Shown one piece after another: positions 38,401 through 51,818 of a stretch of DNA of 64,000 nt. The stretch is from positions 21,228,334 through 21,292,333 of the forward strand of contig NC_092633.1 in assembly GCF_039555335.1 (NCBI RefSeq). The letters are read 5' to 3'. The notes beneath the pieces were generated by a model. It did no database searches and was not told where the DNA came from. It saw only the letters and a list, made by a program, of their open reading frames with translations. Numbering within the stretch: the first letter of the stretch is position 1; each line of letters starts with the position of its first letter. Position numbers and translations under genes: made by a program. This DNA is from Amphiura filiformis. Taxonomy: Eukaryota.

Positions 38401-39811
38401 GTAAGATCGAATTTGCTTATTAATTTTTTTCATTGCGCATTTTTGCCCCGGGAATTTTACATTGGTCCGAGCTATAGAACTTCATCCTGGGGGCATGCAC
38501 TGAAAACTGAATGTGCGATCGTGCGGGCACTGCGCATTAACCTCTCTTTGTACTCTTTGAACGCCCAATCATCTTGATTCCCCTTTAAGTTAAAAAGAAT
38601 GTCATTCAAGTGAAAGAAACCTAGATTTCGTCATTGTCAATGCGCACAGCATCAATCCGTACTCTCGACAAATTACCGATTCGGAATTACCAAGATTAAC
38701 AATCGGAAAGTGTTCTCATCATTATTAGTCCCACAATATCAATTCAGAGGATGGCAGGTCATCAGTTCTTATCACCTGCTTCTTAATTATTCATTCAACC
38801 TTATGATTTCAACAAATGTATTAAGACGTACCTCAAATTTTCAGTCAGAACTTCATCAGGAGACTGATATTAAACCCAAGTTCGGAATCAGTGACCTTGG
38901 ACACTTGACCCCAAAACTTATCGGTTTTCCCTTTTCTTTCTTCTTGGTTTTGCCTTAGTTGAGACAAGTAACTGCCTCAGAGTTTGATGGTTTAAAACAA
39001 CCTCTGGTTCCATAACCGCCGAAAATTCTTCGTAGGGCTTGTGCCCGGGGCTTGTGCCCGCCAGATCTGAAGGCACTGCTACCAAAGGCATTTGTAGTCA
39101 GAAGAGCTACCCGCTCCAGCTTGTCCATGCCTTGCCACGCTCTCACAGTACCAGTTTCTAGAACCATGTCTACTGGCATGACCTTCATCCACACTGCAGT
39201 TCACCTTTGGAATAGTCAGAGACATATCTGACAACGGCGCACCACCCTTCAAGAGCAGAATACATAACCATCTTATTTTTCGTGTCTGATGGTTTACTGT
39301 ACCCTTTCATTCTTGTTGTCACTAAGCTGCTGTGAACCACTGGCATGACTGGTCCGATCACTAAGTGTGTTGCCCTGTTCCAAACGAGCTAATATAATTC
39401 TCAACGCTTTGTCAACGGGTACCGAGGTCAAAAGAACTGTGACATCTTAACATCGTAATTCTTCGTCCTCCTCAACTATTTACTTCGTGGCTAACAATTG
39501 TGTACAATAATTGTACGTGATTGTCCCGATGCTGATCACAATGCATGGTCTAAGCGGAATGTCGTTCTTGTGAACTTTGTTTTTCTTGTGCAACTCGTAA
39601 AATTTGGGTTGGTTTTCGGTGGTAGATAACAAATGTTTATAGCTGATAATACCACACTCTTTCTCGATTTCAAGAAGTACATTATGTTAATTGTTTCTTG
39701 TGCTTACTGTTTGGGTCCTTTTTACCAAAGTCCTTCTTGGTATATATTGGTGTCACTAAGAAGTTTCACACGTGTGAAGGTATTCTTTGCTATTATATTC
39801 TTTGCTAATAT

Positions 39812-40230
39812 GTGACGTCCCATGTCAAAAGCAGACACTTTTGGGCAGGTGATCAATTTTAAGGTTTTTACCTATCTTAAATATAAACATATTTTGCTCC
39901 ACAACGCCGTTTTTTCTAATGAAATCGGACATTCCTAAGCGAAGATATTGAGCTCGTAAGTTATGGTATTTTAAAATTGGAAATTGAGATATCGGCCTTT
40001 AAAAATATTATTGACAATCTTGAGAGTAGGAATTACCTTGAAAAAAATGTCTACAAAAATACAAGATGCCAGTTATATTCCGATCAGATAATATTTTAAA
40101 CATTAATAACATCACAAATTCGCAACAAACCCAAATTGTGAAAAAATCACCCCGGGCTGATTTTTGGCTATTTCTCCATTTACGATTCTGCCAAAAAGTG
40201 TCTGCTTTTGACATGGGACGTCACATATTT
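39812..40230. mobile_element. MITE-like element with ~35-bp TIRs
   Basis: 'catatgtgacgtcccatgtcaaaagcagacacttttgg' (39812) versus 'ccaaaaagtgtctgcttttgacatgggacgtcacatat' (40190). Confidence 0.45.
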
Positions 40231-40738
40231 GGATGGATGGATTTTCTGAAGCTGTTGCGAAGCTTCCCTCTCCTCCTTAGAAGGCTAGGGCGGCTTAAAA
40301 GGTTAAGTACGTTAGCTTTCAGGCTAGTCGCACCTGGTGGTAGTTTGCGACATGTTGGTTAGGAAGATATAACCATGGTAACAATGTCAACAACATGATT
40401 CCCTAACTTGGGTTGCCAGTCTCCTGATGAAGGGCAAAATTTGAGGTGCGTCTTAATTTTGTGTTGAGATCATAGTCTACCAACACAAATGAACTTCCAT
40501 AATACCATCAAATGATCATTATAATGTTATATATTTATGAATCCTGCTTAGGCTGTAGATAATAAATTTCGGATTTATATAGCGCCTTTTTCCAGATCTT
40601 TCGCTGCCGCACTTAGATTGTAACATCTACCAATTATCAATGCAGCTCCCCAAATTCCATTGGGTGAAGGAAGTTTTTTATAACCAAACAACTAATCACC
40701 GATTTTTTTTTTGACATTCAATATTTCTTAATGAACAG

Positions 40739-41002
40739 TCAGAGTAGACCCGAAGTGTTTCATAGAACCTTCAGGTTTGGATTATCGTGGTAATGTTTCT
40801 ACAACTGCAAGCGGCACACCCTGCATTGTATGGGAAGGAACTACATATAATTCAGAAACTTTTCCTAACGGGGGTCTTGGTAATCACAACTCTTGTCGCA
40901 ATCCGGATGGAGACGATACGGGACCGTGGTGCATTGCAGACGAGGGGGATGGGTGGGCTTATTGTGACATTGGTACGGCAAGCAACGAATGTGAGGTAAA
41001 AG
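40739..41002 (+). CDS. Second kringle domain exon (phase 1-1)
   Basis: Acceptor 'aatgaacag|tc' and donor 'gtaaaag|gtaagatc'. Encodes 'KCFIEPSGLDYRGNVSTTASGTPCIVWEGTTYNSETFPNGGLGNHNSCRNPDGDDTGPWCIADEGDGWAYCDIGTASNECEV'. Confidence 0.8.
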
Positions 41003-42765
41003 GTAAGATCTCAGACAAAATATGCAAGTGTATGGTTCAGTTTTAGTATTCGCCATTCGATGATCTCAATTCTTCCTGTAGTGGCGTACCTCAATGTATG
41101 AGTACTATCGGTTACAGGTCGATAGTCAAAGGGTCATTAGTCCAAAAACCCAATAAATGTAGGCCCTATTATATCCTTTCCCTAACGCTAAACTTCACTC
41201 TAACAGTATCCTATATACCTATAAAGCTAATCCTAACCCTAACCTAGTACCCACACTGTCATCGCCCCGATATCTTCATGGCAGAATTCGCCATGATGGT
41301 AGAACGAATCCACTTGTTCTTCAATAGCCACGCATGTTGTTCAGACCTGTTTAATAGTTTTGAGACGCAAAATGGGCCGAGGGACATCCGACCAAGGATT
41401 GACAATAGCCCGGTGACTGCCCTCTGTAGATCTCACAGTGAGCCTGGTACGTCATCTGCATTAGACTGCCTCCACCAGTGGTCCACATTGCGCTTGTAAC
41501 ATGATATGTTTCGTTACCCCGATTGTTTACAAATGAGGGCAGCTGTCATTTTTGTCTGTTCTGCATATATAAAATCTGAGTTTTTGACTATCATGTTCTT
41601 TCAACACATATATTCAAGTGCAAGCCTTAAAATCGGCATCTTTAGAAAGCAAATATTACGGGAGATATTCATCATTTTCTAACCCGGCATCCAAAGATTT
41701 ATCGTCTAAATATCAAATCGTGCATAGCACATACACGTGTATCGATCCCGAGTATTGATTTTAGTTTCCCTGCTGTACAATGGAGTTATTTACCAGGCGA
41801 TGTCGGTGTGCTACCTATCCTCTTCGGGCCCTGTGGCCCATAAGCCTGCAAGTCTCCTCCTCCAGCTGTCCCTGTCTCTAGCTATTGGATTGGCTTCGTT
41901 CCATGACCTCCATCCTAACCCTAAACCTGACTATAATCTTAACTCTGTCCCTAACTCAAGCTTATCCATATCCCTAAAACCTAATATTAACCATAACCCT
42001 AACCTTCACTCTACCTAACGGTACTCTACTCTACCTTAACCTAACATAAAATCATGAAAATCGTTAACTTTAAACATTTTGGGACTAATAATCCGTCGGA
42101 GTAAATGGGCTGTTCCCGTATTATTGTAAGGCGTTCCTGGAGCCTGGGATTGATTGCATATATCAGAACCGGGAATTATCCCCCTTCACCTTTAGGGAAT
42201 AGCTCTGACACTTAAGGTGCACAGGGATGACTCTTCTGTACACAGGAGCGGGAACAACAACGAGATACCTTGTATACACTACCTTACACTGTTAAGCATT
42301 GTATAGGGGTGAGAAGATTTTTCACAATATTATTATATTTTGCGCTGCTTTAACAATCAGAGAAACAAACTAATCTCACAGTAACTGGACACAATCGTAG
42401 GATTCCCGAGCAGTACCTTATAGGAACATTTTGGGAGAGGAAAAGAATTCTCGCCTAATGCAAGCCCAAGGCTCGAACTCCCGGTTCTCCCGACCGACAG
42501 CTTGGCCAACTCACCATCTCTCCCAGAAAAAATACCAATTTTTTCCTACCAAAACCATATTTAGCATGTATGTTACTTTGGATGAAATATTTCATTAGAT
42601 CCATGATGACGGCCAAAATCACAAATTTCCACTAAAATCCTTTAAAAACACATATTTAGAATGTTATTGAACTATTTGATCGGTTAATATAGACACACAA
42701 CAAATAAAAAAAAAACCTTTAAAAGTCATATATATTGCTCGGGCAACATCATATCATTGGCAAGC

Positions 42766-44340
42766 TAATATAGGTTTTCTCAGTTCATTTAACACATTTT
42801 TCGTTATATTTAATATCCCGTTAAGTTTGAATTCGTCCATAAAATTTTGAAGTGTCTATTTGTAAACTTAAATTTCGTCTTTGGTCAACTATATTCATAT
42901 TTTGATCAAACATATTCATACAATTATCATTTAGTTTCGTCCAAATGTATTTAAATTTCGTCCAATGTAGGGGTTATCAACTTAATGTGTAAATATATTT
43001 CGTCTTTGATCAAATCTTTTCATATTCGGGTCATTTAATTTCGTCTTTAACATAAAGCATGTAGAAATAGGCCTGCATATTTTCTTTTTCCTTCTGTCTT
43101 TCTCTTTTTTATTTTTTTTTATTTATCTTTCCATTTTTATATATTTCATATTTCTTTATTTTGTTTTCTTTTATTTTCGTTCTTTCTTTCTTTTCTTTTC
43201 TCTTCTTTTATTGTTTGTTTTGTTTTTTGTTTTGTGTTTTGTGTTTTAGGTTGTTTTTTGTTTGTTTGTTTTTGTTTTTTCTTTTGTTTCTTTCTAATTT
43301 TTATATCTCAAACGTGCACGTGGTTGTATGGCCCTCTTTGTCTTGCTGCCATATTATTGTGATAACTGTTATTTGGTCAGAATAAATTCAGACGCGTCTG
43401 TTCGGATTTATATCAGCAAAGTGAGAACTAGTGTCATTTCAATGCATTGAAATAGGAATTGAATTGAATTTTATTTAGGCCATTTTCATTTCAATTCAGG
43501 GAAGTGAATCGAAATGGTGTTTTTTATTTGAATTCAATTAAATTCATTTCAAATCAATGTTTTTATTCTTTCATTTCAATTCAATGCATTGAATCGAAAT
43601 GTATTTTTTGTTCATTTGAATTCAATTCATTGCATACAACATGTATTTGATTCTACCATTTCACCTGTATTGTCAGCTTATCAGTTACAATGAACTTTCT
43701 CCCGGGACTTCTTTTAGCCAAATGTCAGGTAAAATATATCAGTGTTGGAAATAAGAATTGAATTTGAATATGAATTGAATTCAAATGCTGTGAATTGGAA
43801 TTGAATTCAAATGATGTGAATTGGAATTGAAATTGGTTAGCAGTTAATTTCTATGCATTGAATTGGAATTGAATCAAAATGATTTAAAGTAGAGAAGAAT
43901 TGAATTGAAGTTGCATCAAAATGATTTTATACAATAAGAAAGAGACTCAGAATTGAATTGAAATTCATTTTCTGAATCGAAATAACATTAGTGAAAACTC
44001 AATATCAGTGGTTGAAATCTAAGATGTAATTAATAAAGGCCTACAATGCATTATGGAGGACGAATTGCTTTGATCAAAGCATGAAAATTAATGAACAAAG
44101 ACGAATTATATTTGTGCAAGTACTGTCCGTGCAGCAGGTGCGACGATTTCAATGCGCTCTAGGACGAAATCAAATGAACATTTTATGAATCTATTGGATC
44201 AAAATATGAATTTATTTGACCGAAGACGAAATTTAAGTTTACAAATAGACACTTTCAAATTTTATGAACGAATTCAAACTTAACGGGATATTAAATATAA
44301 CGAAAAATGTGTTAAATTAACTGAGAAAACCTATATTATG
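42766..44340. mobile_element. Long-TIR / foldback element (~1.6 kb, arms ~150-290 bp) containing a CT-rich microsatellite and an AATTGAATT satellite
   Basis: 42766-42900 'aatataggttttctcagttcatttaacacatttttcgttatatttaatatcccgttaagtttgaattcg..' is the reverse complement of 44190-44340. Further matching arm segments extend to ~43060 and ~44040. Confidence 0.5.
43420..43990. repeat. AATTGAATT-based satellite (units ~25-30 bp) inside the long-TIR element
   Basis: 'gaattgaattcaaatg(c/a)tgtgaattggaattgaattcaaatgatgtgaattggaattgaaattgg' with inverted half-arrays. Confidence 0.6.
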
Positions 44341-45096
44341 AGGACAATGAAAATGACTCCTTTTTTGAGAAAATAGGACGTTTAAAATTGATATTCCGCA
44401 AAAAACAACTTAAGCGGTGAGTTCCTTCGAACGAGACAGATTTGACCTAGAAAAAAGTTGACGTCATTAAATGAGATGTGCCTGCTTTGAGAGAAGGGAC
44501 TGTAAACGCTCTCAATGCACAGAACGTATACTGTTGTTGTTCTCAGAAAAAACCCTCTGAATCAAGTATTACAAATTTAATGTTTTTTAAACAAAATGGA
44601 TCAAATCAGCCACTTCTTTTTATTTCTTAAATTGTGATATTACAATTCATATGTATATCAACAACATGAGAAATATTTGGACTAAAAAATAAAAAAATAA
44701 TATTTTGAGCTTAGAATTTGAGACTAGTATATTAAGGTATACTAGTCTCAGTGATCAATATTTATACATGAATCATAGATCATCTAGATGATCTCTGCAT
44801 GATTTTGAAATCAGAGCGTCACAACAGTATGCTCCCTGCTCCAAAAAGTAAAATACACGGTAAAAACCTCAGGAATGCTCAACAACTTGACCCGCCTAGA
44901 TGCAAGAGAACTCGCTAAAAAAATCAACAATTCCTGCAGTTGTGAATCTTTTAAATTCTTAATTTGTTGTTTGTCAAAATGTGTTTTTTATAATATTTCT
45001 GTGTTTTTTGATGTATGCATTGTTAACCAGATGTCTCAGTTTTCTGACTGTATATCTGGATTTTTATACCGTAATAAATAAAAAATTAAATAAAAT

Positions 45097-46140
45097 ATGT
45101 GGCAGATGAACTTCAATGCCGACAAGTGTTTTGTTCTTAGACTCACATATGCAAAAGCCCCTAAACAACATCAATATAAATTAGGAAACAAAATCTTACA
45201 TAATACATCATCTCATTCGTATCTTGGTATCGAAATAACATCTGAACTCAAGTGGAGAATCATATCCAATCTAAAGTGGCTAAGGCCAATAGGGCCCTGG
45301 GATTCATCAGGCGTAACCTATATTCTTGTCCAAAGGACCTGAAAACTATGGCTTACCAGACCTTAGCCCGACCTCACTTGGAATACTCATCTACCATATG
45401 GGATCCCCACACCCAAGATCTGAAAGACCAACTTGAAAAGATAGAAAGTAGGAATGCGAGATTTGTTTGCAATGACTTCAGACGTAAGTGTTACAGCCAT
45501 GTTGGACGCCCTTCAATGGGATACACTTGAAAACATAAGAAATGCAGCTAGACTATCCATGTTCCTCAAAATTCATCATGGTCAGACTGCCATACCGGCA
45601 GTAAAATTCTTACAACCGGTCACACGCATATCTAGAAACAACCACATCCAAGCATATAAACTAAAGACATCAAATAAGGACTGTCATAAGTTCTCCTTCT
45701 TCCCGCAGATCATAAAAGATTTAACTCCCTACCAACAACCATAGCAATCATACAAGACAATAAGCAGTTCAAAGAAGCAACCATAACACATCTAAAGCAA
45801 GGAACAAAAGGACTAAAATACCCTAGCGCACATCAAACATTCTTCTCGCTTGGCTCTTTAAGAGCGTTGCGAATATTGTACCAGATCCAGATGGTGCCTT
45901 CGCGAAAGAAAATTTCTTAGATGATTAACTTTTCAAATGGTTTGTGTATTTGAAGGTGCAAAATTAACAATAAGGCGCCCGGTGCTGCGTGCAAAACCAC
46001 ATACCTTTGCAAAATATGATATTTTGCATATGCAAAATTACATACTTTCCAAAAGTATGTAGTTTTGCATATGCAAAACTACATACTTCGGCAAAATATG
46101 TAGTTTTGCATATGCACAATATCATACTTTACGGTCACTA
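45097..46140 (+). mobile_element. LINE 3' fragment: frameshifted RT C-terminus plus 3' UTR with 'tttgcatatgcaaaa(c/t)tacatact' tandem repeats
   Basis: ORFs in three frames: 'MNFNADKCFVL..SHSYLGIEITSELKW', 'KANRALGFIRRNL..AYQTLARPHLEYSSTIWDPH', '..LQWDTLENIRNAARLSMFLKIHHG..LQPVTRISRNNH' (the conserved LINE ORF2 tail). Repeats at 46005-46135. Confidence 0.6.
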
Positions 46141-49100
46141 TGAAAAAATACATGTTTTGCTGGGAAACCCCGTGCAGTTCGTGTTTGTGAATAAGGGCGC
46201 ATGTCACAATGATTGGTAACTTCAAATTTTAAAAGGCAAAATATAGCGGATAGTGTATGTAACAAATGAATTAGCAATATCTGTATCTGTCTCCACAATC
46301 CTAAAGTATTAGCCCGGGAGTATTAGGCTACATATAATATAAATTATTCTATGAAAGTAGAGAATATTATAATAGTGACCGTATCCATTCTGCCCCTAAA
46401 GCCGATACCGAACAACACATAAACAGCCTTGACCTGCGGTTGTCTATATTCTGAGGGATTTGCATGTTGGTCATTAGAAGATAAATAATTATACAGAGTG
46501 ACCTTCAGCTTCTCCGTGTTTGGTCAGACCTACCGTATAGGCGTAGGCTGCATGGGGTGTATCCTGCATAAATTAGTGTTCTTGTTCAAACCTGAGACTA
46601 GTATACCTCAGGCTCAAACACATGTTTCACACTTAAGTGTGCGCTGCATGACTGTATGTTTCTGTTTTCAGGGATGATTATCCGGGTTGGTACAATTTGT
46701 GACCCTACTTCTCATACCCGACTTTTCATACCCCACTTGACCCAACTTTTTATCGTTATGATAAATCATTTTAGATATTTCAATGAATACTAAATAAAGT
46801 GTAAATGAAGTCTACCGAATTGAAAAGGCTAAATCAGTGTAATTGGTGAAAAATTATGATTTAGAAATTATTATTTATAAACATCGCCCTTCCTCGTGCG
46901 CAGCCATAATCTCCAAACCAGTCGTTCATAAGTTACCTTTTCATGAGGAAGTATATCTGTCTGTCACATTAAGATCTACGCATGGTGACATTATAAACAT
47001 CAATATTGTCATTGCATGTTATTCCGCCCTTTCACTGCTACCAACATTTGAGATTAATTGAGTATTGACTTCAGTAGCTTTCAGTGTACCGCTCAGTTGC
47101 TCCAAGCAAGTTAGCATATCAAGGCTTAATTGGTCAATGTATTGTGATAAAAGCAAACACTTATTGATTGGCTTGAGCAAACTTTATAACCAGGTTTAGG
47201 AGTGTTCAGAACATGGGGGGGCTGGGCACTTGGAAATTGGAGTCAAAAGTTTTGACCCCCCCCCTCTTCTTCCTTCCTTCCATATGTGCTTACCTCAACA
47301 GTTTGAGTATCAACGCACGGGCTTTACGTACGTGCAGTTTTGCAGAGAACCTGAAACTGTTTTGACCCCCCATCTTTGGACATACAAAACATTTTAGATC
47401 AACCCTTTCCAAGAATTTAAAAAACAACTTATGATTTGTGCAGTAACGAACTCAATCCCAATTTACATTATAACAAGTATGCACTAAGTTTTAATGGTTA
47501 TACATTTTTTTAATTTATAGGCCTTTAAGCCTATTTCCTACACTGAAACATGCAAGTTTTATAGGGTGACTTGTATGAAGTTTAATTTCATTGTATGCAT
47601 TCTAATTTTTTCATGTTTCATTCTTAGAACCAATAATTAAATAAAAATAACAAATTGAGAGAAACATCTGGGCACATACTCAAGATTTTTAGTGCTTTAG
47701 ACTTGTTTATCAGGGGCGTAATTTTTCTTGGTCAGTGGAAAAATATTAATTTCGGGGCAAAGACGAAAAAAATATCGGTTGCATCATTTTGACCCGGTAT
47801 TATCAGTGGAATATATACATATACTCTTTTCTTATAGAGACTGGATAAATGTAAAGTCTTCGAGCTTCCAAAAAGAAATGTTGTATGTTCTTGTTCTTTT
47901 GGTATTTTCTTGTTAAAACTTTTTTGACACCCGCCCCCTATCAGGAGCAAAAACTTTTTGACTCCCCTTTTGAAGACATAAAACTTTTTTGACCCCTCCA
48001 TTTTGCCACCCCCCCCCAAAGTATTTCTGAACAATCCCTTAGTCCAGGCGATTAGAATTGCACAGGGCTCAAAACTCATCAATACTAATCACAATTTTGT
48101 ATCTAAATATGGCTGAACGAGGCTTTGAAATTTGAGATGAGAAAATGCTTGAAAACACTGTTCTTTATCAATAATATTAAGGAAATGTGTATGGTATTTG
48201 CTTAATATTTGATTACCAACGGAATAAACTGCGAATATCTAACAAAACTTTAAAAATAAGTCGAGTCAGGTGGGGTATGAAAAGTCGGGTATGAAAAGTA
48301 GGGTCACAAATTGTACCAACCCTGATTATCCTATAATGTCTAATAAATGATGAGGGACAGTAATTTGGTAGTATGCACCCTTACAACACACATCGCGCGG
48401 TGTTTCTTTATGCAAAATTAAAGTTATGCAAAACATGATACTTTGTAAGTATGTAGAAATGAATGCTATACCGGTTTTACCGCCGCGTTCAGCAACTCAT
48501 ATCATTACGACACTTGTAAACAACCCGTGCTCGATTTTAATTGACAGATGACGTCAGACGCAAGCTAGTCTATTTATCTCTGTCTATAATTATAGTGAAC
48601 GCATATACATGTATTAACATGTCTATATATAATTCGAAGCATTTATCTAAGACTAGAGTGTAAAGAATGCAATTTTTCCATACAAACAGATTAAAATCTG
48701 GATCTTGCATACATCTGGACGGACTAGCACATCCATGCCCGCAACCAAAGATTCCCCTTTTTTACCAAAAAAGTCCCATTTAACGAGCGAAAAAATTGGG
48801 TGTATCCTTGGTGTAAGATATTCATGAGTTAAACTACAGTTGTAAAGACTCCATTGTGGAATTAAGCAGCTTACGGAATAATGCTGTATAATCCTTCAAT
48901 AGAAGATTTGTGATAGGCTAATTCCATGCAATTTTACACGAAAGATAAACCAAAAATTGGGATTTTTTTATGCCTTTTTGGTCCAAAAAGGTCCAAATTT
49001 TGGGGAAAAATCCACTTTTTCAAAATCCGCCTCCAGTTCAAAAAGGTCCAAATTTTGAAAAAAAATCCACTTTTTCAAAATCAGCCCCCCCCCCCCAATA

Positions 49101-49317
49101 AATCCTGGTTACGGGCCTGAGCACACCTTACATATTTCATAGTGTGCGCCCAATAATTACAGTTTGTAGCAAGAAATTACACTGAACGTTCCAAAGACAA
49201 AGTGCAGTGATTGCAATGTTAGTCATTTTGCAATGTTCGTCATTATTTACCTATCCCTATACCATTAACATGATTAACATACGAGTATCCTTTTTTTATT
49301 TCAATGTATATCATTAG

Positions 49318-50442
49318 ATCCATTCGACATCATCGAATCTTCAATAAGCGAATCTTCAATTTTCGAATCTTCAATAATCGAATCTTCAATAATCGAATCT
49401 TCAATGAATTTAATTACGACGGTTTTACCAACAACAACAGCCTTGGTAACAACAACGCCGGTTCCAACAACTACGTCTATTCCAACAACTACACCGATTC
49501 CGACAACTACACCGGTTCCAACAACTACTCCTATTCCAACAACTACACCGGCTCCAACAACTACGCCTGTTCCAACAACTACGCCTGTTCCAACAACTAC
49601 GCCTGTTCCAACAACTACGCCTGTTCCAACAACTACGCCTGTTCCAACAACTACAACTGTTCCAACAACTACAACTGTTCCAACAACTACGCCGATTCCG
49701 ACGACTACGACTATTCCGACAACTACACCGGTTCCAACATCTACACTGGCTCCGACAACTACGCCAGTTCTAATAACTACACCCGTTCCGACAACTACTC
49801 CGGTTCCGACAACAACACCGGTCCAAACAACGTCGGTCCTAACAGCAACCTTCGACCAAACAACTATGCCAATCCAGACAACAACATCTGCCCCAACAAC
49901 TATGACAAACCAAACAACAACTTTACAGCAAACAATATCATCATCAGCTGCAATGTCAATAATAACAACAGAAGTAGCGGCAGCAACACCAATTGAAACG
50001 ACATTTTCATCACACATTCCGACGACAGAAGGAATGCATACCGTCGAAAACCCGTCAGTGCCTCCGACAACATCGCAAATAACACCAACGTCAAAAGGAG
50101 CAACAACTGCCTTAGTTGAAACCACTTCGGTAATTCAACAGACACCATCAGCAACTACGTCGTCAGCAGCATCGACGCAACATGAAACGACATCACACGG
50201 AATAACATCAGAAATTACAACAAAAGACACAGATAAACCTTCTACAGCAGGTTCAACTGAAGGCTCAACTGAAGGTTCAAATGAAGGTTCAAACGAAGGT
50301 TCAACTAAACGTTCAACTGAAGGTCCAAATGACGGTTCAAACGAAGGTTCAACTGAAGGTCCAAATGAAGGTTCAAATGAAGACTCAAATGCAGGGTCAA
50401 CTGAAGGTTCAACTGAAGGTCCAAATGAAGGTTCAAGTGAAG
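49318..50442 (+). CDS. Mucin-like TM gene copy B, PTS-domain exon; 78 nt longer at its 5' end than copy A via a 15-bp x5 in-frame repeat
   Basis: Same acceptor 'tcattag|AT' and donor 'gtgaag|gtaatt' as copy A. Encodes '(D)[52 protein letters not shown]...STEGSNEGS'. Confidence 0.7.
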
Positions 50443-51019
50443 GTAATTATAAAGGTACTGTATTATGTCGTCGTTATCATTTTCTTCTCCTACCTCTTAG
50501 CAAGTTTTATGTATGGATGTATGTGAGTATATGGGTGTATGTGTGTAAAAAGGGCTTCGTCAGTTTTGATCCAAATCTCGCCAAATGCACACGGGTGGTC
50601 GAGAAATAATACGAGGAGTAGGGCCTATTTGAAACTACATTTGGGTGAAATTGGTAAACAATTGGGATCAAAATCGGTGAAAATGTGAGTTTGCACCCCA
50701 CACAATGCAATGTATGACATCATTTCTAAATTTGAGGACATACGGTATTAAACGTCAGCGTGGTCAACAGGTTAGAACACATGTGGCAACTAGCCAAATC
50801 AGTAAGTGAAATAAATTTCTGGTTAGTATGTTACACAGGAAAGAGTTAACTGTTAGTAGGATTCAATGATTTTGTGTTTATTTATTAAAGATCTTCTGAA
50901 CTGCACCTGAATCCTTTGAACTTTAGTAGGAACATATTTGCCTCCATTTTAACACAAAATCAGAGCAACTTTAATTTTCAACCCCTGTTAACATGAAATT
51001 TGACCTTGGGCACGTTGAG

Positions 51020-51505
51020 GTTAAATACCACTAAAATATATTACACGGGTTTCAATGGGAAAATGGCTAATTTCGGGTGGAATTTTCTCATATTCAGAAC
51101 TCTCACAGTTAAATGCCACTAATATCAGGTGAAACTATATGATTTAGATGCCAAATGATCAAAAATTCAACATAGGTTGACCTGAGACTTTTCTTGTTTT
51201 AACGCATTGAACCGTAAACCCATTAAAATGACAGTGCGCCCTCGAAGCTGAAAGTTACAATATGGTAGGGCGAATATTTACTAAAAACCAAAGCCGTGCG
51301 TATGAATTTTGGTACTATTACAACAAAAATGTCATATAATGAGAGAAAATGTACCATTTTGAAGCATAAAACCCTAAAAAATACTTTTTTGGCTATACTT
51401 GATCAATTTCAGCGATTTTAATGCAGTCTTTTCAGACGCCATGAAAAAAAATAGTTACTCGTCGTATTTCAATGTATCGCCCAGGCCTATTAGTGGTATT
51501 TAACC
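51020..51505. mobile_element. ~490-bp MITE inserted in intron 1 of copy B, with perfect 11-bp TIRs and 5-bp TSD
   Basis: TIRs 'ggttaaatacc' (51020-51030) and 'ggtatttaacc' (51495-51505). TSD 'ttgag' at 51015-51019 and 51506-51510. Copy A at ~10215-10230 shows the empty site 'cacattgagcctcaaaac'. Confidence 0.7.
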
Positions 51506-51818
51506 TTGAGCCTCAAAACTTGGTATTTACTCTCACAAGTGTTATATTTTTGAGATCCTTGGGGCCAGGCGAATAATTTGCTATGTTTTTAAGTATTTAA
51601 TTTTTTGGCCCGTATAATCCTATATATAGGGGCATTTTGGAGGTCCTACTACATACTACACGAGTTATAACCAAATAGAGAGAAATAAAAAATGGCTTAT
51701 CATTTAGCCCATTGCGACAACAGGTTTGCTAACTGAAATGATAAAATAGTATTAGAAGATAATGTTCTGGTATTGTAGCTGACCTTTCAACAAGCTATTT
51801 TATGCGTTTTTGCCATAG

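Noticed and set aside
49404-49406. ATG at 49404 as the start codon of mucin copy B
   Set aside because: The ATG is created by a repeat expansion and is not conserved in copy A. What follows ([12 protein letters not shown]) is not a signal peptide, and the frame stays open upstream to a good phase-1 acceptor at 49318.
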